A stretch of DNA of 64,000 nt from a bacterium (lineage in GTDB: Bacteria > UBA8248 > JACPRG01 > G963555815). Each line of letters begins with the position of its first letter. The stretch's first letter is position 1. Location: positions 2,752,001 to 2,816,000 of the forward strand of contig OZ244653.1 of assembly GCA_965218795.1 (NCBI GenBank), written 5' to 3'. The translations under genes and the position numbers were made by a program. Shown one piece after another: positions 21,746-31,369 of the stretch. A model generated the notes under the pieces. That model did not search any database. It had not been told where the DNA came from and saw only the letters and a list, made by a program, of their open reading frames with translations.

Positions 21746-22213
21746 TTAGCTCAGGTTGTCTTTGATCGACAAACGTTCCATCAGGCAGGCCTTTGCCAGA
21801 AGACCGGATCCGTGGCGCTCCGATCCCGCGTCGTTTCTCACTGAAAATATGATCAATTGGAGACGGTCCAGCAGCCATTGGGTTTTCCAGCGCCGTCTCT
21901 CACCAGCATAAAGCATAAAGTGACGTAAGGTTTTTTCTGTATTCGCGTTCATCCCCACCCGAATCGATGAACCACACCCTCCTCTTAGTGTCCGGAACTA
22001 TCACAATCCAATGCGGTTCAGATTTTTTCAAACCGACGATTCCACAACGAACATTCCTATCCGGAGAACTGAGGGCCATCTCCGAGGAGCCAGCGCGTCA
22101 CAGGCGGCTTGAAAAAGTTCGGCGCAAATATCTCCGTATCCGCATATTTCATAGGCGTTCGCGATTGCATACATGCCGCAAAGGCCGTCGAACTCTCCTT
22201 GATAGTAGGGCAT
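21746..22213 (-). pseudogene. Papain-like (C39-type) cysteine peptidase remnant
   Basis: YQGEFDGLCGMYAIANA, then in other frames PHWIVI and WFIDS; internal deletion and a 7-nt TTTATGC duplication; lower GC. Confidence 0.5.
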
Positions 22214-22302
22214 CTATTCTTTACCCTTTATTTGTCAATGTCTGGCATCACACCTGAGAGCAGCGAAGGATCTGACCGAGGTGTCCGGCCGCAAACGTGA
22301 TT

Positions 22303-22555
22303 TGTATGACCAGGCTTCATTCCTCACGGGTTGGATAAACTTCTTGACCGTGTCGATCGGTCGCCTCCCCATGTTGCGACCGCCCCGGGCGAGAACGCTC
22401 GTTGCTGTAGAACTTGACGAGGCGTCTTCAGGTACGCGCTCAGGTCCTTCTCTCGCAGCCCGTCCTATGTTGCCTGGATTCCTGCTTGCGCAGGAATGAC
22501 CGGGTTGGAGGTCACGTAGTCCATGTTCGTCATTCCTGCGCAAGCAGGAATCCAG
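22303..22555 (-). mobile_element. IS481-like right-end remnant fused to an inverted pair of REP-like palindromes (copy 1)
   Basis: TGT terminus at 22303; degraded transposase tail GRRPIDTVKKFIQ; CTGGATTCCTGCTTGCGCAGGAATGAC (22474-22500) and its inverse (22529-22555). Confidence 0.6.
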
Positions 22556-22832
22556 GGAGGGGGTCAGCGGGCAGGTTGCCACAGGAAGCCGGGGGCAGGC
22601 TCCGATACGTTGCCCAGTTCGCGCGCCAACGCCAGAACGCTCAGTCGATGCTCGGCCGGCCGGCTCGCCGCCGCGCGCTTCCTATCACCACTCACCTTTG
22701 ACAGCCCCTTATCAGTATGAAATGGCACGGAAAGAAGGTTACGCGGCTGTTTTGCGCATATCCGCGATGTCTCAGGCCGGTTTCTTCAATACGGGATGCA
22801 GGGCTTGGCGGAGGTGTTCGCCCTGCCCGAGC

Positions 22833-24065
22833 CTATCGGGATGACTCAATCAGCAACGCCTCGCAATACGGTGCGCGGCTCATGTATTCGGGCCCGTCCT
22901 CCCGCACCCAGATCATGTCCTCGATGCGGACCCCGCCCCCGCCCCGGACGTCCGGCACCCAGATCAGCGGCTCGATGGCAAAGACCATGTTCGGCTCGAA
23001 CTCGACTTCCATCGCGCCGGTGGCCGCCTCGCCGACGTACGGCGGCTCGTTCGGACTGATTCCGCACCCGTGGCCGATATACAGGTTGATGAAGTTCTTC
23101 TCCAGGCCGTGCTCCGCTGCCTTGCCGATGAACGCCTCGGTCGCCTGAACGTTCGTGTGGCCCGGCTTCATCAGGGCCACCCCGGCGTGAAGGCATTCGT
23201 AGACGGCGGTGTAGATCTCCTGCTGTCGCCGTGAGGGCTTGCCGCAGATGACGGTCCTCCCCAGGTCTCCGAAGTATCCGCCCCACATCGCCCCGATGTC
23301 GATGAACACAATGTCGCCGTGACGGATGATCTTGTCCGTGGCGAAGCGGGTCGGGGGGGACATCCGCTCGCCGGAGGCCACGAACGGGCTGGCGACGTGG
23401 GCGAATTCCCCGCCGTACCGGAACAGCGTCCGCATGGCCTCTGCCGCGACCTCGCACTCCCTCACCCCGGCCCGGACGTGGTCGATGGCCGTCTGCGTGA
23501 CCGCATCCGCAATGGCCGTGGCCTCCTGAAGGGCCTTGATCTCGTCGGGCAGCTTCTGGACCCGGGACATGTACATGAAGTGCTCGCCGTCCACCCACTC
23601 CACGCCGGAAAGCTCCTGCTCGAAGATCCGGCGCATCGTGAACGTGGCCGCGTCGATGCCGACCTTGCCCTTGTCCACGCCGTATTCCTCCAGATAGGGA
23701 AGGATCTGGTTTCGCGTCACGTTCTCCACCAAACCGGGCTCGGTCATGTGCGGGATGGCCTCGGCGTGGGCGATCCAGGGCATGGACTCCCTGACCCGGG
23801 CGATCTCGCCGCCCGACGTCAACAGGACCGGGTCCGCCTCTTGTGAAAGAAGAACGCCGTAATGCGTGACCGAGCGGTACTGAAGCATGATCGCCCGCTG
23901 GCTGGTCAGGTATCGGACGTTCTCGTCCTGCCAGAGGAGAAGGGCGTCGATCCCTTCTTCTTTCAGGTGACGCTGGGTCTTTTCGACGCGTTCCCGCCGG
24001 AGGCGGTCCCAATCGATCCGGGCTTCGTAATCGACGTTGAAGTGTCCGCGGGCGAATGTCTCCAT
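22833..24065 (-). CDS. M24 Xaa-Pro peptidase-family amidohydrolase
   Basis: Creatinase-like N-domain; metal ligands DIG, GDLGRT, GHG, IEP, RIED. Confidence 0.9.
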   Translation of the reverse strand: METFARGHFNVDYEARIDWDRLRRERVEKTQRHLKEEGIDALLLWQDENVRYLTSQRAIMLQYRSVTHYGVLLSQEADPVLLTSGGEIARVRESMPWIAHAEAIPHMTEPGLVENVTRNQILPYLEEYGVDKGKVGIDAATFTMRRIFEQELSGVEWVDGEHFMYMSRVQKLPDEIKALQEATAIADAVTQTAIDHVRAGVRECEVAAEAMRTLFRYGGEFAHVASPFVASGERMSPPTRFATDKIIRHGDIVFIDIGAMWGGYFGDLGRTVICGKPSRRQQEIYTAVYECLHAGVALMKPGHTNVQATEAFIGKAAEHGLEKNFINLYIGHGCGISPNEPPYVGEAATGAMEVEFEPNMVFAIEPLIWVPDVRGGGGVRIEDMIWVREDGPEYMSRAPYCEALLIESSR

Positions 24066-24114
24066 GAGAATTCTCCAAGAGGTGAGGCGGGGATGTTCCC
24101 GATCGTTCCGGGCG

Positions 24115-25089
24115 TTATGCGGAGAGGCGCTTCCTGAGGCGGTCGATAAAGAGGTCTTGCGATTGATGAATTCGAACCGGCGATCGGAGGCGGGCCAGAC
24201 GGCGCTTCAGCGTGGAGGTCGAAGACGAGGGCCCTCTCTCCTGCAGGATACCCTCCATCCGCCCGGCCTGCTTCAGTTCCGCCCGGATCTGGGGGTCCGT
24301 CCAAAGCGCCCGCAGGAAGGGCAATGCGCCCTCCGTATGTTCCCAAAGGTCTCCGCACCGATCGGCATAGGCGGCGCTGCCGTTGGCTCCTTCGCTGCCC
24401 GAAGCGGTTTCGTCCTGTCCGGCCTCTTCCGCCCTGTCCTCACCCGCGCGGTCCGTCCCGCCTTCCGCGGGTTCGCCCAACAGCGCCGTCACCTCACCCG
24501 GGGTCAGGAAAAAGGCGCGGCGCATTGTGGAGACCGCGCTCCCCACGTCTCCGCTGGCGAAGAACGCCAGGCCATAATTCATCAGCCCGTCTTCGTACCA
24601 GGGAATTTTTTCATACTCCTCGATCGCTTCCTTGAAGCGGCCGAGACGCAGTTCGCATTCGCCCATGAGATGACGAATGAATTCGGAAGGCTCATAACCC
24701 TCCGCGACGGCCTGGTGGAACTCCGTTCTGGCGATCTCCCACGAACCGGATTGCCAGGAGGCGATTCCTCTGAGGGCGTGGGCTCCCATCACCACCTCGC
24801 GGATGCCCTGAATGCCCTTCCGTCCCGGGGCCTCCGCGGCCTGGAGCGCGCGATCGTACCACTTGGCGGCAGCCGAGAGGTTGCCCAGCCTCTGCTGAAC
24901 CCGTCCTTTTTCGAAGTAGGCTTCCGGACAGTGGGGATCGGTTTCGGCCGCCTTCGTGAACTGAATCCACGCTTTTCTTCGAGCCCCGACGGCCCAGAAG
25001 TCGACGCCCCGCTTGACGTACTCCAAAGCCCGGCGTCTTTTGTCCGCGGGCGCCTTGGATTGCGCGGCTGCCGTTCGTGCCGAAGACAT
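24115..25089 (-). CDS. Tetratricopeptide-repeat protein
   Basis: Helical repeats PEAYFEKGRV..LGNL..A..WYDRAL and LGRFKEAIEEYEK. Confidence 0.7.
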   Translation of the reverse strand: MSSARTAAAQSKAPADKRRRALEYVKRGVDFWAVGARRKAWIQFTKAAETDPHCPEAYFEKGRVQQRLGNLSAAAKWYDRALQAAEAPGRKGIQGIREVVMGAHALRGIASWQSGSWEIARTEFHQAVAEGYEPSEFIRHLMGECELRLGRFKEAIEEYEKIPWYEDGLMNYGLAFFASGDVGSAVSTMRRAFFLTPGEVTALLGEPAEGGTDRAGEDRAEEAGQDETASGSEGANGSAAYADRCGDLWEHTEGALPFLRALWTDPQIRAELKQAGRMEGILQERGPSSSTSTLKRRLARLRSPVRIHQSQDLFIDRLRKRLSA

Positions 25090-25295
25090 GATGACGGGCT
25101 CGACGCGAGGAGTTCAGAGCACACGATGAGGACCCTTCCGGAACCCAGGCCGGCGGCGTTCCAAACGAGCCCTTCATGGCGCATCAACTTACAGGATGGC
25201 ATGATTATAACACGGAGGGGAGAGGGGTGCCCATGCCTGCGATCGGGTCCGGGAAAAATTCCGGACCCGGCTCTGAACGGCTGAATCTGGAGGTT

Positions 25296-26285
25296 CTAGC
25301 CCCGAAACTTCGGGATGACCTCATTGGCAAACCGGCGGAAAGAGGCGAAATCCCAGTGAGGGACCATCCCGAAAAAAATGTGTGAGACGCCTGCTTCGTG
25401 ATACTGGCGAACCCGCTCAGAGACGGCATCCGCATCGCCGGCGATCAAGCTCCGGCGAAGATCGTCGGCCGACCCGTTGATTCTCTTCGCGGTGCTCTCG
25501 ACCACCCGGTTCGCTTCCTTCGGATCGTCACTTACGTGAATCATGGCCAGGACGGATTTTTCGATCTCGTCGGGGTCGCGTCCCTCCGCCTCGCAGTGCC
25601 CGCGCAGCACTTCGATCTTCTGTCGGAATACGTCGGGCGTGCCGAAGGTGTTCCAAAGGTTCGCATGACGGGCAACCGTTCGAAGCGTACGCTTCTCTCC
25701 GCCCCCGCCCACCATGATCGGCGGATGCGGCTTCTGGACGTTGGCGGGATTGCAGAGCGCATCGCGCAGTTGATAATACGTCCCCTCGTAACTCACCTTG
25801 CCCTCCTGACCCTTTGTCCAGAACAGTCGGATGAGCTGGAGGGCCTCCTCCAGCCGCTCCAGGCGTTCCTTCACGGGAGGGAAGGAGATGCCCAGGGCAG
25901 CGTGTTCCAATTCGAACCAGGCCCCGCCCAGCCCGAATTCCAGTCGCCCTCCGCTGATAATGTCCACCGTCGTCGCCATCTTGGCCAAAACCGAAGGGTG
26001 ACGATACGTGTTGCCCGACACAAGGATGCCCAGCCGGACGCGCTTCGTCATGGCGGCGATGGCGGAAAGGGCCGTCCAGCCCTCCAGACAGGGGCCCTCC
26101 GGACTGCCGACGATTGGAAAGAGGTGATCGTACACCCAGACCGCATCGTATCCGATTTCTTCCGCTTCCAGGGCGGTGTCCAATATTTGCTGATAGGTAA
26201 CGTCCTGCTGAGGGATCTGGACGCTGAAGCGGGGGGCTCGGCTCGCCGGCCAACCGGGTGTCGGTTCCGGTGCGGGGACGTTCAT
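25296..26285 (-). CDS. LLM-class (probably F420-dependent) oxidoreductase
   Basis: WVYDHL, LEGWTAL, YRHPSVLAKMATTVD, SGGRLEFGLG, PPIMVGGGGEKRTL. Confidence 0.9.
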   Translation of the reverse strand: MNVPAPEPTPGWPASRAPRFSVQIPQQDVTYQQILDTALEAEEIGYDAVWVYDHLFPIVGSPEGPCLEGWTALSAIAAMTKRVRLGILVSGNTYRHPSVLAKMATTVDIISGGRLEFGLGGAWFELEHAALGISFPPVKERLERLEEALQLIRLFWTKGQEGKVSYEGTYYQLRDALCNPANVQKPHPPIMVGGGGEKRTLRTVARHANLWNTFGTPDVFRQKIEVLRGHCEAEGRDPDEIEKSVLAMIHVSDDPKEANRVVESTAKRINGSADDLRRSLIAGDADAVSERVRQYHEAGVSHIFFGMVPHWDFASFRRFANEVIPKFRG

Positions 26286-26361
26286 CTCATGACTCCTTAC
26301 GAGGGTCGTTTTGTTTCCCGCCGCTCCCGTCTTCTTCGCAAATGTGAAGCAGGGAGGGAGA

Positions 26362-27072
26362 TCAGATCAGATTGATGCGCCTGAAGTAATTGATGAAGAT
26401 TTGCCGGGCCTTCTCATGAAGAGGGCCGATTCGCTCCCGGCATCCAGCCTCGATCGGGGGGTCGTCAATCGAGTCGTTCGTGGTTTCCACGTCGCCGGGA
26501 TAGGCGGCGCACCATTCCCGGATCATGGGCTCGGTCACCTCGACGTGAAACTGAAAGGCGTAGGCGTTCCGGTTCAGGCAATAAGCCTGATGGCCATACA
26601 TCTCCGAGCCGGCGAGAAGAACGGCCCCCTCCGGCAGGTCGAAGGTGTCGCCGTGCCAATGGAAGACGGGGAATTCCTCTTCCATCCCGGCAAAAACGGG
26701 GTCTGCCCGCGACTCGGGCGTCAACCGGATCGGCCGCCAGCCGATCTCCTTGGCGTGCCCGGTCTTCACCTCGGAGCCCGCCGCCTTGGCCAGGAGCTGG
26801 GAGCCCAGGCAGATGCCCAGGATGGGCACTTTCTCCTCCAGGCAGTTTCGAATCAGGATGTCTTCATCCAGAAGCCAGGGATAGGCGGTGTGCTCATAGA
26901 CATTCATCGGACCGCCCATGAGGATGAGGCAATCGATTCCGGAATGCGTCTGGGGGATGGGATCTCCCAGATATGGGTGAAGGTAGCGATACTTCAGCCC
27001 GTATTCCTTCAGTATGTCCTCGAGCAGGCCCATCGGTTCGCAGCCCACGTGCTGGATGGTCAGGATGCTCAT
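26362..27072 (-). CDS. Type 1 glutamine amidotransferase
   Basis: MGGPMN, LGICLGSQ, WHGDTF, QFHVE triad. Confidence 0.92.
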   Translation of the reverse strand: MSILTIQHVGCEPMGLLEDILKEYGLKYRYLHPYLGDPIPQTHSGIDCLILMGGPMNVYEHTAYPWLLDEDILIRNCLEEKVPILGICLGSQLLAKAAGSEVKTGHAKEIGWRPIRLTPESRADPVFAGMEEEFPVFHWHGDTFDLPEGAVLLAGSEMYGHQAYCLNRNAYAFQFHVEVTEPMIREWCAAYPGDVETTNDSIDDPPIEAGCRERIGPLHEKARQIFINYFRRINLI

Positions 27073-27423
27073 GGTCGAATCTCCGTTTTTCGCCTTGGGC
27101 CGAAGGGAATCGAGTCGGTGCCCGGCTTGTATCCCAGACCGGTTGGCTTGACTGATCGCCTTGGCCGGATGTTAGCAAAAGGGGTATTTTCCTTCAACCG
27201 GAGCCGCAGGAGGGCAGGCGGGTCGGACGGGAAAAAAGGCCGGAACCGGCTTGACCTGCACCCCTATGGACTCCGAACGTGGTCCTTTACATTTGACGAA
27301 CGCCTGAAAGAAGATGCACCCTTCAGGTTCTGCCGAGTGGTTTCTCGGGCCGGGGCTGTTCCCTGGTCCGTGATTTGGGATAAAGTGCGCATGGGTGACA
27401 AAGAGAATTCGAAGGAGGAGGAG

Positions 27424-28077
27424 ATGAAGCCGAGAGGCGAATTCGGCAGAAATCCGCCGAGCAAGTTCTATTCGTTCCTGTTCTTGAACTGGTGGAAGCT
27501 CATCAGGATCAAGTTCAACAAGAAGGTCTCCGCCGTCTATGACAATTTCCCGAAAGTGTCGGAGTTGGGCTCCATGATCCCGACGGTGGAGCTTGAAACC
27601 ACGGACGGACGCCGAATCAACACGGCCGACTTCATTGGGAAGAAGCTCCAGATATTCGAGTTCGGCGCTATCACGTGACCGCCCTATCGGCGGCAGGTGC
27701 CGCACATGGAAAAACTGGCGGAAAAATATGGGGACGACCTCGAGATCTTCAACATTTACGTCCGGGAGCCGCATGCCAATGAGGGGATTTTCGGAAAGTA
27801 TGACGCGCACGGCTCTTATGAACAGAAGATGGGTTACGCCAAAGAGCTGGTTCAGCAGAAGGCCATCAAGAACGTGACTGTCCTCGTCGACGGAATGGAG
27901 CAGAAGACCCACGAAACCTTCGGCTGGCTGCCGAACATGGTGTACGTCGCGGACCGGGAGGGGACCATCGTCTACAAGGCGTCCTGGACGAAACCCGAGG
28001 TCCTGGAGGGTGTGATTCAGGAGGTTCTGGCCGAGGAGGAGGAAGAAGAAAAGGACAAGGAAGCCGTCCCCGCGTGA
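27424..28077 (+). CDS. Deiodinase-like (thioredoxin-fold) selenoprotein (217 aa, U85)
   Basis: Strong RBS before ATG 27424; in-frame TGA 27676-27678 in FEFGAIT-U-PPYRRQ; downstream IYVREPH matches the deiodinase FGSCTUPP and IYxxEAH motifs. Confidence 0.88.
27690..27703 (+). promoter_or_regulatory. Candidate SECIS (deiodinase-like gene)
   Basis: GCGGC-AGGU-GCCGC hairpin, loop starts 16 nt after UGA. Confidence 0.65.
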
Positions 28078-28124
28078 GGTGAGCGGCTCCGTCTCTCGGG
28101 TCCACCATGACAAGGCGATCGGAG

Positions 28125-28439
28125 TCATTCGACCGCCTTTTTCAATTTCGCCAGGACGCGCCGGAACCGGGGGAGCACGACGACGCGGGCAATGGCCTTC
28201 CGGACTTCTTCCAGGTCCAGCGCGGCGCCTGCCCGAAGGCGCACATCCGCCCGGTCAGCGGCGAGTTGAACGTCTGCCGATTCGACTTCCGGGAGCCCTT
28301 CCAGGGCTCGCTTCACCCGATCTGCTCAGAGACCACAGAGCATTCCCGAGACCTGAACCGTCTCTCCGTCCGGAGTGGGGGCGGGCTCGCCCGGATCCGC
28401 CGCCGGCTCTACAAAAAAGTTTTTGAGCTTGAGTTCCAT
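28125..28439 (-). CDS. Heavy-metal-associated (HMA) domain selenoprotein (104 aa, U38)
   Basis: Open frame from ATG 28439: ETVQVSGMLCGL-U-ADRVKRALEGLPEVESADV, i.e. GMxCxxC with TGA (28326-28328) at the second Cys; GAGCCCU-GGA-AGGGCUC hairpin follows. Confidence 0.8.
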
Positions 28440-28443
28440 AACC

Positions 28444-28853
28444 CGTATGACCAGGCTTCTTTCCTCGCAGATTGGATAAACGTCCTGACCGTGTCGATGG
28501 GTTGACTGCCCATGCCGCGCCAGCCCTGATGAGGGCGCTCGTTGCTGTAGAATTTCAGGTACACGTCAAGGTTCTTCCCTCGCAGCCCGCCCTGTGTTGC
28601 CTGGATTCCTGCCTGCGAAGGAATGACAGACAGAGAACCCGCGGAATGGATTCCTGCTGCATGTCCCTGCATGTCTTCGTCGCGCGGGGTCTGCCCTGCG
28701 TGTATTCGGCAGGGGGGCAGGTCTTCGAGGCCCTCCGCCCCGTGGGTCTGAAAACGGCGCTTGTACTCCTTGTCATTCCCGCGGAGGCGGGAATCCAGCG
28801 TTGCCCGGGCCATTCGTTCTTCACGCCCCTGAGCCGGTCGCGGCAGGAATGAC
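28444..28853 (-). mobile_element. IS481-like right-end remnant plus REP-like palindromes (copy 2)
   Basis: Translates LDVYLKFYSNERPHQGWRGMGSQPIDTVRTF; same junction into CTGGATTCCTGC as copy 1; palindromes at 28601-28627 and 28772-28798. Confidence 0.65.
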
Positions 28854-29133
28854 AGCGGAAGACCCTGGTCGCAATCTTCGTCTCCGCTCCACAATGATTC
28901 AATATCCAGCTTAGTGCCGGACGGTGAGTTTGCCAAATACGGATGGGAGAGACCGGGCCATCGCGAAAGGGACGATCTATCGGGACCCGCAGGCGGATGG
29001 AGGCTTTGCCCGGACGGTTGAACCTTCAAGGGCGCCCGGTTATCCTGAGAGCGGGAATGAGAAGTCTATGATTCTCGCCGGCAAGAATCTCGCTGAACGC
29101 CGGCCGTGAAACACTTGAGGAGGAGAGGTCAAT

Positions 29134-29373
29134 ATGGAACAACCCAATGTTGCGCAAAAAGGTCCCTTTCAACATGCGCCGGAAGAGGACGGGCAGGTCT
29201 GGTGGTGTGCGTGCGGACTCAGTCAAAACCAGCCCTTTTGCGACGGTTCTCACAAGCCCACATCCTTTCGCCCGGTGATGACCGAAGTCAAGGCGGGCGA
29301 ATCGCACTGGTTTTGCGGCTGCAAGCAATCGGGTAACAAGCCCATGTGCGACGGAACCCATTCCTCGCTGTAA
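29134..29373 (+). CDS. CDGSH iron-sulfur domain protein (two motifs)
   Basis: WCACGLSQNQPFCDGSH and FCGCKQSGNKPMCDGTH. Confidence 0.95.
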   Translation: MEQPNVAQKGPFQHAPEEDGQVWWCACGLSQNQPFCDGSHKPTSFRPVMTEVKAGESHWFCGCKQSGNKPMCDGTHSSL

Positions 29374-29395
29374 CGGTCGTTCTTTCCTGGGGGAG

Positions 29396-29438
29396 AGCGG
29401 TCGGTCATGCGCTTTGGTGCAAGGCCGGCCGCTTTTTT
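29396..29438 (+). terminator. Rho-independent terminator
   Basis: AGCGGTCGGTC...GGCCGGCCGCT stem followed by a T-run, just after the CDGSH stop. Confidence 0.7.
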
Positions 29439-29667
29439 ACGGAATGAGTAGTTATGGGCTTGAAGGGGAAGTTGATTTCTCAGATGAAGCCGGTAGAAGA
29501 AATGTCGAAAGATACCTCAAGGAGAGTGGTCTTGAAAACGATGAGGAGGCAAGACGAGAAGTTCTCGCTGTCGACAAGCACTTGAGAGAGATATGTGAGC
29601 GATTGCACAAAAGATTAATAGTCAAACTGATACCTGAATGCTTTCTCTATCTCATCCTTTTCTCCTA

Positions 29668-30181
29668 CTATCGAGCAAGCGAACTTTCACTGACCCAGGC
29701 CGGCAACTGCTCAATATCCTTCATGTCATCGAGTTTCTTCGTGAGCTTGTATGTGACGGATTGGCCTTCGGCCATGCGAACGAGTCTGCCAGCTCGCCCT
29801 TCAGCGATGTCTCCTTTCCGCCAGACGTTGAACACAATCTCATGCGCGACAAATTCCGAGACACAACAGATATCCGTAATCCCTGTCCAATCGAACGTGG
29901 TTGAACTGGAACGTCCCATTCGCTCCCAGAGAGGCCGTCTTGATCTCGAACCGATGCCTGCCAATGCGCATATCGGTTTCCGACGTCCGATCACCATTCC
30001 CGATGTCGATACCCGATTGTGTGAGGTAGCGTCGGACGAACTCTTCTCCGATTTCGCCCCGGTTGGTATTGCCAAGGCCCCTATAACCCTGGAACGGAGA
30101 ATCATCCCATATGGATTTTGGAGCGTGTTCCCGAATGCTCTCTACGAGAAGAGTGATTGGAGTCACGCTGGCGGTTCCCAA
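29668..30181 (-). pseudogene. PD-(D/E)XK restriction-endonuclease-like gene, frameshifted near 29846
   Basis: RGEIGEEFV, TDMRI..FEIKTAS, FQFNHVRLDRDY; C-terminus continues in another frame (HEIVFNVWRKGD); adjacent to a methylase. Confidence 0.65.
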
Positions 30182-30861
30182 ATGCCGCCCATCTCTCCTC
30201 GTTTCCAGAAGACGAGAAAGAATGAATGATTCTTGCGGGCATGCACTTGACGAACGACGCGGCTGACACCTGGACGGTTGTTCCTGACGACCACGAAAAG
30301 GTCCTCCGCGACGAAGCCCATGTCTTGATATGCCTGCATGATTTCGACGTGGGTGAACCTCTGACGATTAGAGCATACCTCGTCTTGACATTTCACAATC
30401 AGGACACCGCGTTCGCGCAACACGCGGCAAGGTTCCTTCCCCGCCTCGTAATAGAGCGATAAAACCGCTTCATGATATTTTCCGTTCGTCCGGTTCCCCG
30501 ATCCGTTGTTGCGGTAATGGTCCTCGAATGGTTGCTGGGTGGAATGTGCCGTCCCGCCGGGCGAATGCATATAGGGCGGGTCAAGCACGACGCAATCAAT
30601 CTCTCCATCTTCGTAGGGAAGATCACGACAATCTGTTCCGTGTTGAATGTCGGATGCTCGAAGCTGGTATCTGTCTTGGGAGATGTTCCGCCAGAAAACG
30701 CCTTTGCCGCAGGTGACATCCGCAACGACGCTGCCAGGGGCAACATACAGGTCGAGAATTCGCGGGAACACCTGATCGTTCCCATCCATGTAGGCACTTG
30801 GTACGAGGTCTCTGGTTGGCTCTCCGTTTCGCACCATACGGTGCATAGTTGATTGGTTCAT
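30163..30861 (-). CDS. DNA N4/N6 amino-methyltransferase
   Basis: ADVTCGKGVF SAM-binding motif, LDPPY, RVLRERGVLIVK. Confidence 0.85.
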   Translation of the reverse strand: MNQSTMHRMVRNGEPTRDLVPSAYMDGNDQVFPRILDLYVAPGSVVADVTCGKGVFWRNISQDRYQLRASDIQHGTDCRDLPYEDGEIDCVVLDPPYMHSPGGTAHSTQQPFEDHYRNNGSGNRTNGKYHEAVLSLYYEAGKEPCRVLRERGVLIVKCQDEVCSNRQRFTHVEIMQAYQDMGFVAEDLFVVVRNNRPGVSRVVRQVHARKNHSFFLVFWKRGEMGGIWEPPA

Positions 30862-30963
30862 GCCAGCCCCTCCTTGAGAGTCAAGTATTACGAGGCGATG
30901 CGATTTGTCGAGAGCCTTTCATACCAGGGCCGCCCGCTGGATGAACGCCCCGAACGGATCATC

Positions 30964-31365
30964 CTAGTTTCGCACATTGTACTTGTAGCAGGCTTCATCG
31001 CTATAGGCATCCGCGTGCTTTCGAGTGTAGTTGTGGTGGGAGCCGAACCATGCACATTTCAGAAGTGCCCAAAATCCCTCGATGGTGTTGATGTGGGTTT
31101 CGCCGTCTGCATACTGAACGCTATGGTTGATGACGGCGTGATTCAATGACCTTGGAAGCGGTTGTATCCAGAGTATTCATCCGTGATCAACAGGGTTTCG
31201 TCAGGCTGAATCTTGTCCCTGATGAATCCTCTAAGACTGTTGAACGTGAGCTTGTCGGCGGCCTGTGCGGTCACCTTTCCGCCCCGCTCAATGGCGCCGA
31301 TAACCGGCATCTTGTCCGTTCCGTGGCCGCGCTTGTGGGGCTTGTCGTCCTTCCGGTTGTCCGCT
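30964..31365 (-). mobile_element. IS1595-family transposase 3' remnant (frameshifted)
   Basis: KRGHGTDKMPVIGAIERGG, LITDEYSGY, VINHS..Y, HINTIEGFWALLK, YKYN. Confidence 0.85.
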
Positions 31366-31369
31366 GGAT

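Noticed and set aside
26311-27678. 455-aa plus-strand ORF
   Set aside because: Mostly antisense to the amidotransferase; only the part from ATG 27424 is real, as the deiodinase-like N-terminus
29840-29851. C-R-A-TGA (CxxU-like) at the end of the nuclease ORF
   Set aside because: Read-through stops 12 codons later and the plausible C-terminus is in another frame, so this is a frameshift rather than Sec
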